From contig JAAEQW010000111.1 of assembly GCA_024231025.1 (NCBI GenBank), positions 11,055 to 75,054 of the forward strand: a stretch of 64,000 nt of DNA, written 5' to 3'. The notes under the pieces are model-generated. The model was not told the origin of the DNA, searched no databases, and saw only the letters and a list, made by a program, of their open reading frames with translations. The DNA is from Candidatus Omnitrophota bacterium (GTDB lineage Bacteria > Omnitrophota > Gorgyraeia > Duberdicusellales > 4484-171). Below, in pieces: positions 1 through 9,776 of the stretch. The stretch's first letter is position 1, and every line of letters starts with the position of its first letter. Both the position numbers and the translations under genes were made by a program.

Positions 1-357
1 AGGTTCTTCCCCGTAGGAACAACCACACGACCAACAACGAATCGCCTCCCGCGCAAAACCCACTCTAGACTCTATTAGACTAGGTACACACACTTTCTCA
101 AAAACGCAAAAAACTTCAGGATCACGAAAAAACTCTGAAACGTTTATGCTGAGATTATCTAAGAACTTATCCCATTCACTGGGATCTTTTTTTAAAACTG
201 CTGTATATTCAGTTAGATCGCTTACCTTCGTTGCAAGAAACCTAGCTGCCAATCTTCGCGCAATAAAAGAACGCCGATAAAAACCAAGGGCAATGTCTCT
301 GCGCTTCTTCGCTAAAGAGATAAATAAGCTAATGTCATCCTGCGATATGGAACTCAT
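1..357 (-). CDS. cheR: Chemotaxis methyltransferase CheR, 5' part (runs off the window start; not in the ORF track)
   Basis: Manual translation from ATG at 357 gives MSSISQDD...FYRRSFIARRL...LSINVSEFFRDPEVF...RCWSCGCSYGEEP, carrying CheR motifs (INVSEFFRD, WSxGCSxGEEP). The frame is open to position 1. Confidence 0.9.
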   Translation of the reverse strand, partial: MSSISQDDISLFISLAKKRRDIALGFYRRSFIARRLAARFLATKVSDLTEYTAVLKKDPSEWDKFLDNLSINVSEFFRDPEVFCVFEKVCVPSLIESRVGFAREAIRCWSCGCSYGEEP

Positions 358-377
358 TTTTCAGCTTTATCACTTTT

Positions 378-644
378 CTAATGCTGTGGTCTGGCTTTAA
401 CCGCACCGAACGCTACAATAATTTCTTTTATAACATCCGCCTTGAATTGCACTTCCAATTCAGATAGCTTTGTATAAAGCCTTCCTTTTTCAGTTACAAC
501 ATACTTTGGAGGCAGCTTATTCAAAGCTAGCGCTAATACATCATGTTTGCACTTTTCGCATTTACATGAATCCTCCATATCTACAAGTACCTCGTCTAAA
601 ACGTCACTAACAATATCCTCCATATAATTATGCACTTCGGTCAT
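378..644 (-). CDS. comFB: ComFB family protein (late competence protein family; cyclic di-nucleotide receptor fold)
   Basis: HNYMEDIV...CKCEKCKHDVLALALNKLPPKYV...V..RPQH matches the ComFB signature (NxMExxV, CxCxxC, ALALNxLPPxY, terminal PxH). Confidence 0.9.
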   Translation of the reverse strand: MTEVHNYMEDIVSDVLDEVLVDMEDSCKCEKCKHDVLALALNKLPPKYVVTEKGRLYTKLSELEVQFKADVIKEIIVAFGAVKARPQH

Positions 645-769
645 GTTCTTCTCCTGGTATAATCTTCAGGCACAACCTTGTTATGATTACACCTGATTCC
701 ATAGATTCAATATCGATTACAAAGATTAATTGCTCTATCGCTGTAATCTTACCCAAATAATACTATATA

Positions 770-2689
770 CTATTTTACATTAACTATGTCTAAAATCAAG
801 ACTACTCTTCCATCACCCAAAATAGTCGCACCAGCAACACCTTTTACCTTCTTAACAAATGACCCCAACGGCTTTACAACAACGTCTTGTTCTCCAATGA
901 CTTTATCGACTACTAGCCCCATATTCTTTACCCTTCCTTCAACTATAACAACTGATATTTGCCCATCTTCAGACGGAGTTGTTTCAATCTCCAGTTCCTT
1001 ACCCAAACGCACGATGGGTATAATCTCATCACGCAAACGAATAACTTCCGCGTCCTTAATCGGCTTAATCTCGTCTTCGCTTACTTTTACAGTCTCTCTA
1101 ATATTCATTAGAGGTATCGCATAAATATCTTTACCCATAACAACCATCATTGCCTTGATGATTGCTAAAGTCAGAGGTAAAGTTAGAATAAAGGTCGTTC
1201 CCTTACCTTTTTGGCTTTCAAGCTCTAGGCGACCGCCTATGACTTCTAGCTTGTTTCTGACGATATCTAGACCAACTCCACGACCCGATACATCAGTTAT
1301 TTCCTTAGCGGTTGAAAAACCCGGAGCAGTAAGAACATCTAGTACTTTGTCAGAATCAATTCCACTAGTTTCATCAATAGAAATTATTCCTCGTTCTTGG
1401 CCCTGGTGCAAAATTTTTTCAAAATCCATGCCTTTGCCATTATCCGAAACTTCTACAACGATGTGCCCCTTCTGCCTAGAAACATCTATCGCAATCTTAC
1501 CCTTAGGGTTTTTACCGGCCCTGGTTCTTTCTTGCGGCGACTCTATTCCATGATCAATCGCATTACGTATGAGATGAATCAACGGATCACCAACCTCATC
1601 TAAGATGATTCTATCCAGTTCAATTTCGCTACCCGATATTTCAAGATCAACACTCTTTCCTATCTTCTTTGATAGATCACGAATTAATCTAGGAAAATTA
1701 TCTAAAACAAATGATACCGGAAGTAATCTCAATTTTAAAGCTTCCTCCTGCAATGAAGCCACCAATCGTTCCAAGAAATGAGTGGTCTCCTCTAATCTAG
1801 CATGATCTTTAGTTTGAACAATTTGCACGAGTCGACTTTTTGCTATGGATAATTCTCCCATCAAGTTCATAATTTTATCCAAACGCTCAACAGGAATCCG
1901 CATGCTTTGAATCTTTTTAAGCATCGGATTAGCGCCTTTTTTGCCCTTGCTGGGTTCTGGATCATAAACAGAAACTTTAGCCTCATCTACTTCTAGTATT
2001 CTCGACAATTCTTCGGTTACAAATTTCTCATTTTTGTCGGTTAAAATAACAAATTTAAAATTTAACTCAAAATTCTCGTTCTTTAAATCATCCTCAGACG
2101 GAGTAACGCCGGCAATCTGACCAAAATCTTTTGCCCTATTTAAAACTAAAAAGGCGCGCACTCCTTTCATTGAGCAGGCTTCATTGAAAACCATTTCTAC
2201 AGAAAAAAGATTATTATTCTTATCGACCAGTTTTTTCAAACGGTCGACTTCATCACCAGTTTCCACTTTACCCTTGGATGTTTTTTTAAGCGACTGGTGA
2301 GATATGGTCTCCCCCGCAGGAAGAATGTTTTTGATTCGTTTTATATAATCAGTAACTTTTAGAGAAACTCCTTTGTCTTCTTTTATTTGTTCAGTTAAGG
2401 TAGCAAAGGCATCGGCACTCTCAAAAATTACATCCATAACCGCTGAAGTTAATTTCAATCTCTTCCTTCTGAATCCATCGAAAACATCTTCTAGAGCATG
2501 TGCGAGGTCGGCTAAATCATCATAGCGCATGGTAGCCGCCATACCTTTTAGGGTATGCATAAGGCGGAAAATGGTATTGATTGCTTCATCATCATTAGGA
2601 TTCTTCTCTAATTGAACCAAGGCCTTGTTGGTTTCTCTTAGATACTCTTGAGACTCCGCAAAAAATAAATCGCGATAACTTTTATCCAT
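770..2689 (-). CDS. cheA: Chemotaxis histidine kinase CheA
   Basis: HPt (IFRLMHTLKGMA), P2 domain, dimerisation domain, HATPase (HLIRNAIDHGIE, DNGKG, SGRGVGLD) and C-terminal CheW-like domain (GATILGDG). Confidence 0.97.
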   Translation of the reverse strand: MDKSYRDLFFAESQEYLRETNKALVQLEKNPNDDEAINTIFRLMHTLKGMAATMRYDDLADLAHALEDVFDGFRRKRLKLTSAVMDVIFESADAFATLTEQIKEDKGVSLKVTDYIKRIKNILPAGETISHQSLKKTSKGKVETGDEVDRLKKLVDKNNNLFSVEMVFNEACSMKGVRAFLVLNRAKDFGQIAGVTPSEDDLKNENFELNFKFVILTDKNEKFVTEELSRILEVDEAKVSVYDPEPSKGKKGANPMLKKIQSMRIPVERLDKIMNLMGELSIAKSRLVQIVQTKDHARLEETTHFLERLVASLQEEALKLRLLPVSFVLDNFPRLIRDLSKKIGKSVDLEISGSEIELDRIILDEVGDPLIHLIRNAIDHGIESPQERTRAGKNPKGKIAIDVSRQKGHIVVEVSDNGKGMDFEKILHQGQERGIISIDETSGIDSDKVLDVLTAPGFSTAKEITDVSGRGVGLDIVRNKLEVIGGRLELESQKGKGTTFILTLPLTLAIIKAMMVVMGKDIYAIPLMNIRETVKVSEDEIKPIKDAEVIRLRDEIIPIVRLGKELEIETTPSEDGQISVVIVEGRVKNMGLVVDKVIGEQDVVVKPLGSFVKKVKGVAGATILGDGRVVLILDIVNVK

Positions 2690-2834
2690 GTTTAAAAGAT
2701 TCTACAGCTTTAAGAGGAATTTCCAAACCATTGGGGTTAGGAAGTAAGAAAAATTACCTATCAATAAGGAGCCCTCTCCAATTATTTTAGGGACATCTTC
2801 TACGGGAAGGAGCATCACCTCAAAAGCACAAACC

Positions 2835-3227
2835 TCAGCTCTCTTTGGTGCCTTCACCTAGGACTTTAGCAATAACTTCTAATAGTTTCTCGGCGGTAAA
2901 AGGTTTAACAACGAAGTCTTTGGCCCCACAGGTTAAAGATTCCTCCACCAACCTTCGTTCTGCCAGAGCAGAAACGATAATAATATTAGCCGCAGGGTCC
3001 TCGCCTGTTATTTGCTTAACTGCAGTTATGCCATCCATTTCTTCCATTTTTGGCATAACAATGTCCAACGTAACTAAATCAGGTTTTAGATCTCGATATT
3101 GCTCAACCCCTTCCAGGGCATTAGCCGCCTCTCCACAAACCTCAAAACCCGCTTTAATTACAATATCCTTTATTAAATTGCGCATAAACAGCGCGTCATC
3201 AATGATTAGAACACGTTTTCCTTCCAT
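2835..3227 (-). CDS. cheY: CheY-like single-domain response regulator
   Basis: IIDDALFMR, LDIVMP, KPF; directly upstream of cheA. Confidence 0.9.
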   Translation of the reverse strand: MEGKRVLIIDDALFMRNLIKDIVIKAGFEVCGEAANALEGVEQYRDLKPDLVTLDIVMPKMEEMDGITAVKQITGEDPAANIIIVSALAERRLVEESLTCGAKDFVVKPFTAEKLLEVIAKVLGEGTKES

Positions 3228-3278
3228 AATTACTTATTATACCTCCCAAGATACCCTCTCACAAGCAAAAAATACCAA

Positions 3279-4370
3279 CTACACCGTGATTTTTTGATAA
3301 ATTCGGCTGTGATTTTGGGTCTCTTTAAATACTAGCCTTGCTTCAGGAACTAGATTCTCAGTTTCACCTATTATGAGATACCCTCCTTCACGCAAGGAAC
3401 GATAAAATCTATCCACAATCTGCTCTTGTAATGGCTTTGTGAAATATATGAATACGTTTCGACATAGAATTATATCTACGTCATTAATAAATTCCGATGA
3501 TGTAAGATCAAGGTACTTGAATTCTATTAATTCTTTAATTTCATCTTTTACATAATACTTGCCATTTTCAAAAGAAAAATAAGTATCAAAACTAAACGGA
3601 AAATACCCCTTCAAAACATTTCGCAATGCCGCCATCGAATCGTAAACACCTCCTCGAGCGCGCTTAAGGCTGTCCTTGTCGATATCTGTTCCGTATATTT
3701 CCAATGAGGTTTGTCTATTATTTACCTCTTGAGCAAGTATCGCTAAAGAATAAGGTTCTTCTCCTCTAGCGCACCCAGCACTCCAAAGCACAACGGGCTT
3801 TTTTCTTTCGTTATTCTCATCTACAATTTTCTCTAGCAAATCACCAACACTCTTCCATACATACGGATCACGAAAGAATTCAGAAACATTGATAGTTAAC
3901 GCTTCAAAAAGTTTTTCATATTCACCCGGGTTATCCGCTAAAACTGTCAAATACTGCGCATAAGACTTGGCATTATTAGCAACAAGACGCAATGCCAAGC
4001 GCCTTTTAAGAATACTTTTGCGGTATTGGCTGAAGTCCACTCCACGAATATCTCTAATTTTAACAATAAGATTTTCTAAGGCTTGTTCCTTGTCTTCTTC
4101 AACTGGATGAGGTAGGTTTGCATTAACGCTGTCTATCGCACCGCTAATCCTGCTGAACATATTCTGCAAGTACTTTTGGGTAACTTCTCTTTCTACTTTT
4201 CTATAGCTAGGGTCATCTTCATCGATGTAAATCGGATCAAAATCTGCGAGAAGGCACTGCAGCATTGCTGCTTTGCACTTCTCGCAGGTACAAATATCAA
4301 ATCGCAAAGCTAAACTTCTTTCTAGAAAGTATTTAAAAACTTCCTCTAAAACATTCTTAGGGTTTCCCAT
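3279..4370 (-). CDS. cheR: ComFB-like domain fused to CheR methyltransferase
   Basis: The first ~90 aa (KNVLEEV...CTCEKC...DPIY...NLPH) resemble ComFB. The rest is CheR (INVSEFFRD, WSAGCARGEEPYS, DIILCRNVFIYF, GGYLIIG). Confidence 0.88.
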   Translation of the reverse strand: MGNPKNVLEEVFKYFLERSLALRFDICTCEKCKAAMLQCLLADFDPIYIDEDDPSYRKVEREVTQKYLQNMFSRISGAIDSVNANLPHPVEEDKEQALENLIVKIRDIRGVDFSQYRKSILKRRLALRLVANNAKSYAQYLTVLADNPGEYEKLFEALTINVSEFFRDPYVWKSVGDLLEKIVDENNERKKPVVLWSAGCARGEEPYSLAILAQEVNNRQTSLEIYGTDIDKDSLKRARGGVYDSMAALRNVLKGYFPFSFDTYFSFENGKYYVKDEIKELIEFKYLDLTSSEFINDVDIILCRNVFIYFTKPLQEQIVDRFYRSLREGGYLIIGETENLVPEARLVFKETQNHSRIYQKITV

Positions 4371-4388
4371 AGTTGTAAAATACTTCTT

Positions 4389-4589
4389 CTATCTTGCCTG
4401 ATTTAATTCATATAAGCTAAGAGCTATGCTAAAAAGTAAACACATTACAGAAAAAAATAGTACTTCTTTATAATTTATTCCAAAAGCAATCCGCGAAACA
4501 CTCAAAATCCTCAAGCCAATACCAACAACAAAACTTACAAAAGCCATCGCGATAAAAAAATCATCACCAACACTGTACACGCTTTTCAT
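4389..4589 (-). CDS. Small 2-TM membrane protein (66 aa), paralogue of 36502..36702
   Basis: ATG at 4589 after a G-rich RBS; 58/66 aa identical to the second copy. Confidence 0.8.
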   Translation of the reverse strand: MKSVYSVGDDFFIAMAFVSFVVGIGLRILSVSRIAFGINYKEVLFFSVMCLLFSIALSLYELNQAR

Positions 4590-4656
4590 AATACCCCCCC
4601 CCTTTTTCTGGTTATTAAACAACTTCTCGCCTAAACAAACTACACCTTAGCTTACC

Positions 4657-5193
4657 CTAATATAAATAAGTCGTCAATGTAATAGTTGCCTGCTGTCTTG
4701 GCAAAATGCTCTCACCGCGTTCAATCGCTACGCGATCAACAGAAATAACTGTTGTCAAATTCATTAGATCCCGCAAAAAAGAGACTATTTTAACAAACTC
4801 TCCTTCAAACTTCATTCTCACAGCAACCGCTCGAGCCTGTGATGACTCTTGCACAAAGCCTTGTACGGGCTGTTTATCAGCATAGTTGAATTCTATACCC
4901 TTAAATCTATTATTTGTGCCTAAAAGAGTTATCTTTTCCAACATGTTCAAAATTCCTTGCTCATCATGAGGAATCATTTCATCAACATAAGATGACGCCT
5001 CTTCTAATTCATCAATGTCTTTTTGAAGTTTCTCTATTCTTTTTTCTGCATGTCGCGCCTCTTCGATTCTATCTTTTTTTTGAGATATTTCATTCTTTAG
5101 GCGAGATATTTTTACGAATTCTAATACAAAAAAAAGAGCAAACAAAAAAATTGTTAAACCGATCGCTCCGACTATAAGCTTAAAACTTTTCAT
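4657..5193 (-). CDS. pilO: Type IV pilus alignment protein PilO-like
   Basis: N-terminal TM, coiled coil, then IP...F.G.F..I..FL..L ferredoxin-like pattern; follows the pilMN fusion. Confidence 0.75.
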   Translation of the reverse strand: MKSFKLIVGAIGLTIFLFALFFVLEFVKISRLKNEISQKKDRIEEARHAEKRIEKLQKDIDELEEASSYVDEMIPHDEQGILNMLEKITLLGTNNRFKGIEFNYADKQPVQGFVQESSQARAVAVRMKFEGEFVKIVSFLRDLMNLTTVISVDRVAIERGESILPRQQATITLTTYLY

Positions 5194-7013
5194 TCTTTAC
5201 CAACCTTAATCAATTCTGCATATATAGAAAAAAATCTTTCCCGCTGCTGCGTTAGCAAAACTCCTTGGTCTCCATCAACTGATGGTTGGATGCTCCCCAT
5301 TTCCGGCACATTTACACTCACAGCCTCAAACATATTACTTTTTTCCAATTTTTCTGTAAAACGTTCAGCCAACTCAACTGCCTTACCGTAGTCGGCAAAA
5401 CAAATCACATCCATATTCACAATGTAATTCTGGTCCAAAACCTCTGATGCTTTTTTCTTACTGGGAGGACGACGCCTACGCGATCTCGAAACAGGCGCAC
5501 TTACAACCTTAGGAGATAGAGTAAATTTTTTAAGTGTAGCATCTATCGGTGTAGCTTTTGCCACTTCCTCTAAGACAGACGCCATATCCAAACGTTTATC
5601 CAAAATATTACGCACTTCCTTTAGGCGATCATCAATATTACGTCGTTGCTGCTTTTTCTGGTCCAACATGGTGATTATCTTTTCAGATTTTTTTACCTCT
5701 AGATCCAAAGTGATTATCGTTCTAGAAAGCAATCGATTGTCTATATAGACCTTGAGCCATCCTAAAAAGGTGAAAGAAAGTATAATTATGCCAATAATTA
5801 TAAGCCCCAATTGTTTTTGTACGGCCCCTCTCTGCTTTTTCATATCCTCGGGCAAAAAGTCGATCGTCTCTTTCCTCTTCTTTACCAAAGGAATACTTAC
5901 GGCAAGCGATGTCGCAGCAGCAAACAGCGGTGTTTCTTCTTGTGAAAAACTGTCTTGAGCGCTCTGTGGCGCTTTCTCAATATTTTGAAAAGGAAAAAGA
6001 GGCTGACAGTCACCGCCGATATCCTTAACTAGAACTGGTGCCAGACCTTTAATTGTTGCAACACCACCAAGAAGAAAGACACTGTCAACACGCGAACCAT
6101 GGGTTTGATCACGATAATAAATTAATGTTCTACGAACCTCATTCGTTATTCTATCAATTTCTGTATTCCAAAGCATTCGAAGCTCTAACAAGTTTATTTG
6201 GCTATCACCGTCGGCGTTCACAGAAGCCTCATATTTCTGACGCATGATTTCTTCAGCCACTTTAACTTTGTCCTTAAGATTAATATCTACTTCTGGAACA
6301 CCTTTATCTTTTATTGTTTTTTCGACCACGCTGGCTTCGACCCCAAGAGCCCCAGCTATATGCGTGATAATATCTTTTAAACCAAATTTAATATTTCTAT
6401 AAAAATGTAATTTTCCCTTCTTAGCAATAGCAATATCTATAGACTCATGACCGATATCAACAAAAGCACTATCCTTATTTAAAAAATCAGATTCTTTATA
6501 AAATAAATTCGCCACGCTATAACAAGTAGGGCTAATTAGCGCTAACCTTACGCCTTCAAAACGATTAAAAATTTCAAAAATATTTTCGATACAGTCATTC
6601 TCGGTTTTAATTATTAAAACTTCATAACGAGCAATCTTACCCACCATAACTTCACCCAATAGCACATATTCAAAAATACTATCAGGCCCAGGCGTAGGAA
6701 CCATCTTCTTTCTTGCCTCTGTAATCGCCGCTATCTCCAACTCTTTCTTGCTCATCTTAGGCAAGTCTATAACTAGAACCGTAACTAACGCAGACGGTAT
6801 GCTTATTGCGATATCAGCATCTTTTAATCTTTTGATTGATATTTTAGAAGAAATTTGATTGAAAAAATCTTCAACATCAATTTTTTTGGATGACTCTTTA
6901 GCAAATGAAAGAGGAAACAAAAAGTTATCCAACAAAACAGTTTTTTGCTTCTGTTCCATTGAAACAACCTTAACTAAACGCGAACCAATATCAATACCTA
7001 TTAATTCTGCCAT
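5190..7013 (-). CDS. pilM: PilM-PilN fusion
   Basis: Actin-like GIDIGSRLVK, VDIG, LLGG motifs, then IDFLP + TM + coiled coil typical of PilN. Confidence 0.85.
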   Translation of the reverse strand: MAELIGIDIGSRLVKVVSMEQKQKTVLLDNFLFPLSFAKESSKKIDVEDFFNQISSKISIKRLKDADIAISIPSALVTVLVIDLPKMSKKELEIAAITEARKKMVPTPGPDSIFEYVLLGEVMVGKIARYEVLIIKTENDCIENIFEIFNRFEGVRLALISPTCYSVANLFYKESDFLNKDSAFVDIGHESIDIAIAKKGKLHFYRNIKFGLKDIITHIAGALGVEASVVEKTIKDKGVPEVDINLKDKVKVAEEIMRQKYEASVNADGDSQINLLELRMLWNTEIDRITNEVRRTLIYYRDQTHGSRVDSVFLLGGVATIKGLAPVLVKDIGGDCQPLFPFQNIEKAPQSAQDSFSQEETPLFAAATSLAVSIPLVKKRKETIDFLPEDMKKQRGAVQKQLGLIIIGIIILSFTFLGWLKVYIDNRLLSRTIITLDLEVKKSEKIITMLDQKKQQRRNIDDRLKEVRNILDKRLDMASVLEEVAKATPIDATLKKFTLSPKVVSAPVSRSRRRRPPSKKKASEVLDQNYIVNMDVICFADYGKAVELAERFTEKLEKSNMFEAVSVNVPEMGSIQPSVDGDQGVLLTQQRERFFSIYAELIKVGKE

Positions 7014-7026
7014 AATTTTGTATTAA

Positions 7027-8235
7027 TTATCCAACCATCTCCACCATCTGAAACATTGGCATAAAAATTGCAAGCGCTATTCCTCCAACAACAACACCCA
7101 TCACAACAATCATTATCGGCTCAAAAGCAGTAAACAACTTCTTTATTGTAGAGGATACTTCTCGGTCATAATATTCCGCAACCTTAGATGACGTTTTAAC
7201 CAGACTTCCTGACTGCTCACCAATCGCAACCATTCTAGTTACCATTGCCGGAAATTCACCAGTCACCTTTAACGATACGGCAAGTTTTTCACCAACGTTA
7301 ACTGAGTCTCTTGCCTTTGCTATGGCGTTCTCTATTCTACTATTACCTGCCGTTTTTCTCGCTATGTCGAGACAAGTAAGAAGGTTTATCCCCGCCCTAA
7401 AAGACAAAGCGAATGTATGCGCAAATCGTGAAAGAGCCACCTTACGCAACAAATCACCAAACAAAGGTATCTTCAGCTTTACACCGTCTACATTATAGCG
7501 CCCTTTTTCAGTTGCGTTATATGTTTTATATGCAAAAAATAATGCACCGATAGCTCCCATTATAACATACCAATAGTGACGAATGGCATAGCTTACCCCT
7601 AAAACAATTCGTGTCGGCAGTGGCAAATCGCTTCCCAATTGTTCGAATATCGGAGTAAACATCGGAATAACTTTTACAACTAATAGCACCACAACACCAA
7701 CCATTACCACAAAAAGAATTAAAGGATATATCGCCGCTTCTTTCATTTTAGCCTGAAGTTCCATTTGCCATTCTAAAAGAGCAACCAAATCGTCTAGCAC
7801 TTGCGCCAACTTTCCTGTAGCTTCCCCAGCACCAATGATCGCTCTATACAATTGCGAAAAACTATCAGGATGAAACGATAACGCTCCCTCCAACGAATCA
7901 CCGCTTTCGACACGATAGCGTATATCATCCATAACTCTTTGGATTTTATCATCCCCGGCCTCTCGCGCTAAATCTTTCAGTCCTTCTAAAAGCGGAAGTC
8001 CAGCATCTATCAAAGTAGCAAGCTGAAAAGTAATCCGCAACACTTCTCGAGGATGCAAGTTTGACGCCTTTTCTGAGCGCTTAGCCGTCTTAACCCCTTT
8101 TGCAACTTTAAAACTCGTAAGATAATAGCCTAAATTAGATAACTTATCTCCCAACTCAATATCGCTTTCTGCTAGCATATTACCCTTAACCATTTTACCT
8201 TTTTCGTCTCTAACTGTATAAAAATATCTCTTCAT
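7027..8235 (-). CDS. pilC: Type IV pilus/T2SS platform protein PilC/GspF
   Basis: QLATLIDAGLPL, GEATGKL, YP, GEQSG, EP motifs. The likely start is MKRYFY at 8235. Confidence 0.93.
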   Translation of the reverse strand: MKRYFYTVRDEKGKMVKGNMLAESDIELGDKLSNLGYYLTSFKVAKGVKTAKRSEKASNLHPREVLRITFQLATLIDAGLPLLEGLKDLAREAGDDKIQRVMDDIRYRVESGDSLEGALSFHPDSFSQLYRAIIGAGEATGKLAQVLDDLVALLEWQMELQAKMKEAAIYPLILFVVMVGVVVLLVVKVIPMFTPIFEQLGSDLPLPTRIVLGVSYAIRHYWYVIMGAIGALFFAYKTYNATEKGRYNVDGVKLKIPLFGDLLRKVALSRFAHTFALSFRAGINLLTCLDIARKTAGNSRIENAIAKARDSVNVGEKLAVSLKVTGEFPAMVTRMVAIGEQSGSLVKTSSKVAEYYDREVSSTIKKLFTAFEPIMIVVMGVVVGGIALAIFMPMFQMVEMVG

Positions 8236-8239
8236 GATT

Positions 8240-8725
8240 TTATAATTCGCGCCAACTATAGGAATCCTGGGCACCGCTGCTACTGTTTATGGTCACTTCT
8301 ATCCTGCGTTCAGCTAAAATATTACCACCAGAGTCTATGACTCTTCCTCTGCCTTCAATTATTCTATCATTTCCTGACTTTACAACTCTAAACCTATGCC
8401 ACCCTCGCGAAGAAAAATCACTGTGCCAGCATGGGCTGCGGCTATCTTCATCAACGCAAGGAGCAGAAAGATCATAAAGAGGGTCAAGCGGATCCGAGTA
8501 TGGATCGGGCCACCATTGGGAACCACCAAAATCAGAATTTTCCCTTACTTCATATTTCCCCTCTTCCAAGCCTGCCTGGGCCAAATAGAAAGCTTCCATT
8601 TTCTTTTCCTGCAAAGATCGCACGTCAACCATATCCTCCCACAGAACCATAAGGCTACTGCCTAAAATACCAACAATAATCAACAGAAGAAAAGTTAATA
8701 ATAAAAGTTGCGCCTTTTTAATCAT
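8240..8725 (-). CDS. PilX/GspK-like minor pilin
   Basis: KKA|Q + hydrophobic stretch, AFYLAQAGLE motif, C-terminal SWRE. Confidence 0.75.
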   Translation of the reverse strand: MIKKAQLLLLTFLLLIIVGILGSSLMVLWEDMVDVRSLQEKKMEAFYLAQAGLEEGKYEVRENSDFGGSQWWPDPYSDPLDPLYDLSAPCVDEDSRSPCWHSDFSSRGWHRFRVVKSGNDRIIEGRGRVIDSGGNILAERRIEVTINSSSGAQDSYSWREL

Positions 8726-8729
8726 CTTG

Positions 8730-9296
8730 TTAATTTCTTGCCCTCACCATTGTTCTAATTACTATGTTCTGGTTGCCATAATCAGCCGGTTTATCCGGTC
8801 GGGCTCTTAAAACTGCGTTAACTCCAATTAAACCATTACCGTAATTAGTAAACATCGCGGTACCATCAAGAAGGTTCGCCGCAAAAACTGCCATATCGGT
8901 ATCGTCGGTTGTGCCACTGCGATAAACTATTGGAGTTTTTTGCTCAGGCACCCACGTTCCACCATCAACATGCCCAGGAACACTGTATATTTCATAACGC
9001 ACATAGGTGTCTCCGCTATTATTATTGTTAGTATCAACACGCATGCGAATCCTTGTTCCATTATCATAAAGGCGTATCCTCCTAAACCCTCCGCCGGAAT
9101 AAGCAAAACGAAGATCGTTAGAAAAAAATTCAACCAACCAACGTCCATCATGCATCACCGCCTGAGTCATAAATTGATCGGCCCATGAGCGCTGAATATT
9201 TATCGCAATGCGCGTAACCGAAACCATCAATAAACCAAAAATCGCTACACCAACAATGGTCTCAATTAAAGTAAAATTCTTATGTAACTTCTTCAT
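8730..9296 (-). CDS. PilW/GspJ-like minor pilin
   Basis: KN|FTLIE prepilin N-terminus, NDLR motif, C-terminal RN. Confidence 0.8.
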   Translation of the reverse strand: MKKLHKNFTLIETIVGVAIFGLLMVSVTRIAINIQRSWADQFMTQAVMHDGRWLVEFFSNDLRFAYSGGGFRRIRLYDNGTRIRMRVDTNNNNSGDTYVRYEIYSVPGHVDGGTWVPEQKTPIVYRSGTTDDTDMAVFAANLLDGTAMFTNYGNGLIGVNAVLRARPDKPADYGNQNIVIRTMVRARN

Positions 9297-9322
9297 ATTA
9301 ACTCTTCAGCCGCCTCTATCAA

Positions 9323-9775
9323 TTAAAAATTAGTAATCAAGGTATTAAAAGTTACCGATTTTTCTTGCTTTTGCCCATCCCAATATACCACCACTTCAAT
9401 ATGCGCTACATCTGTAAACTCTACATCAAGAAAAGTCTCCCGATCAGCATAGAAAGGGCAAGTTACATCTACTGAACGCTGAAAATCAGCAAAACCAGCT
9501 ACCGGAGCTTTTAGTTCATCCGGAGGTATCACCAAAGAATAAGGCGGCCCACTCTCGGGAGGATTATTAGCTGTAAACAATGCCGCATAACTATCGGTTG
9601 ACAATTCTTCCATTTTTTCCTGAGCCAAAAAACAGGCAATTGTATACATCCTGTTGCTTCGATCGTAAAGCTGACCCTGATGAAATAAGCGCAACATAAA
9701 AACTGCGATCATCGAGATCAAAGCAATCGAGAGAGCCACCTCAATAAGTGAAATATTTTTTTTCTGCAATTGCAT
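9323..9775 (-). CDS. PilV/GspI-like minor pilin
   Basis: KN|ISLIEV, LAQEKMEE, V.V.W motifs. Confidence 0.8.
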   Translation of the reverse strand: MQLQKKNISLIEVALSIALISMIAVFMLRLFHQGQLYDRSNRMYTIACFLAQEKMEELSTDSYAALFTANNPPESGPPYSLVIPPDELKAPVAGFADFQRSVDVTCPFYADRETFLDVEFTDVAHIEVVVYWDGQKQEKSVTFNTLITNF

Positions 9776-9776
9776 A

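Noticed and set aside
2690-2834. Possible small ORF or remnant between cheY and cheA
   Set aside because: Too short, with no recognisable Che motif; cannot be supported.
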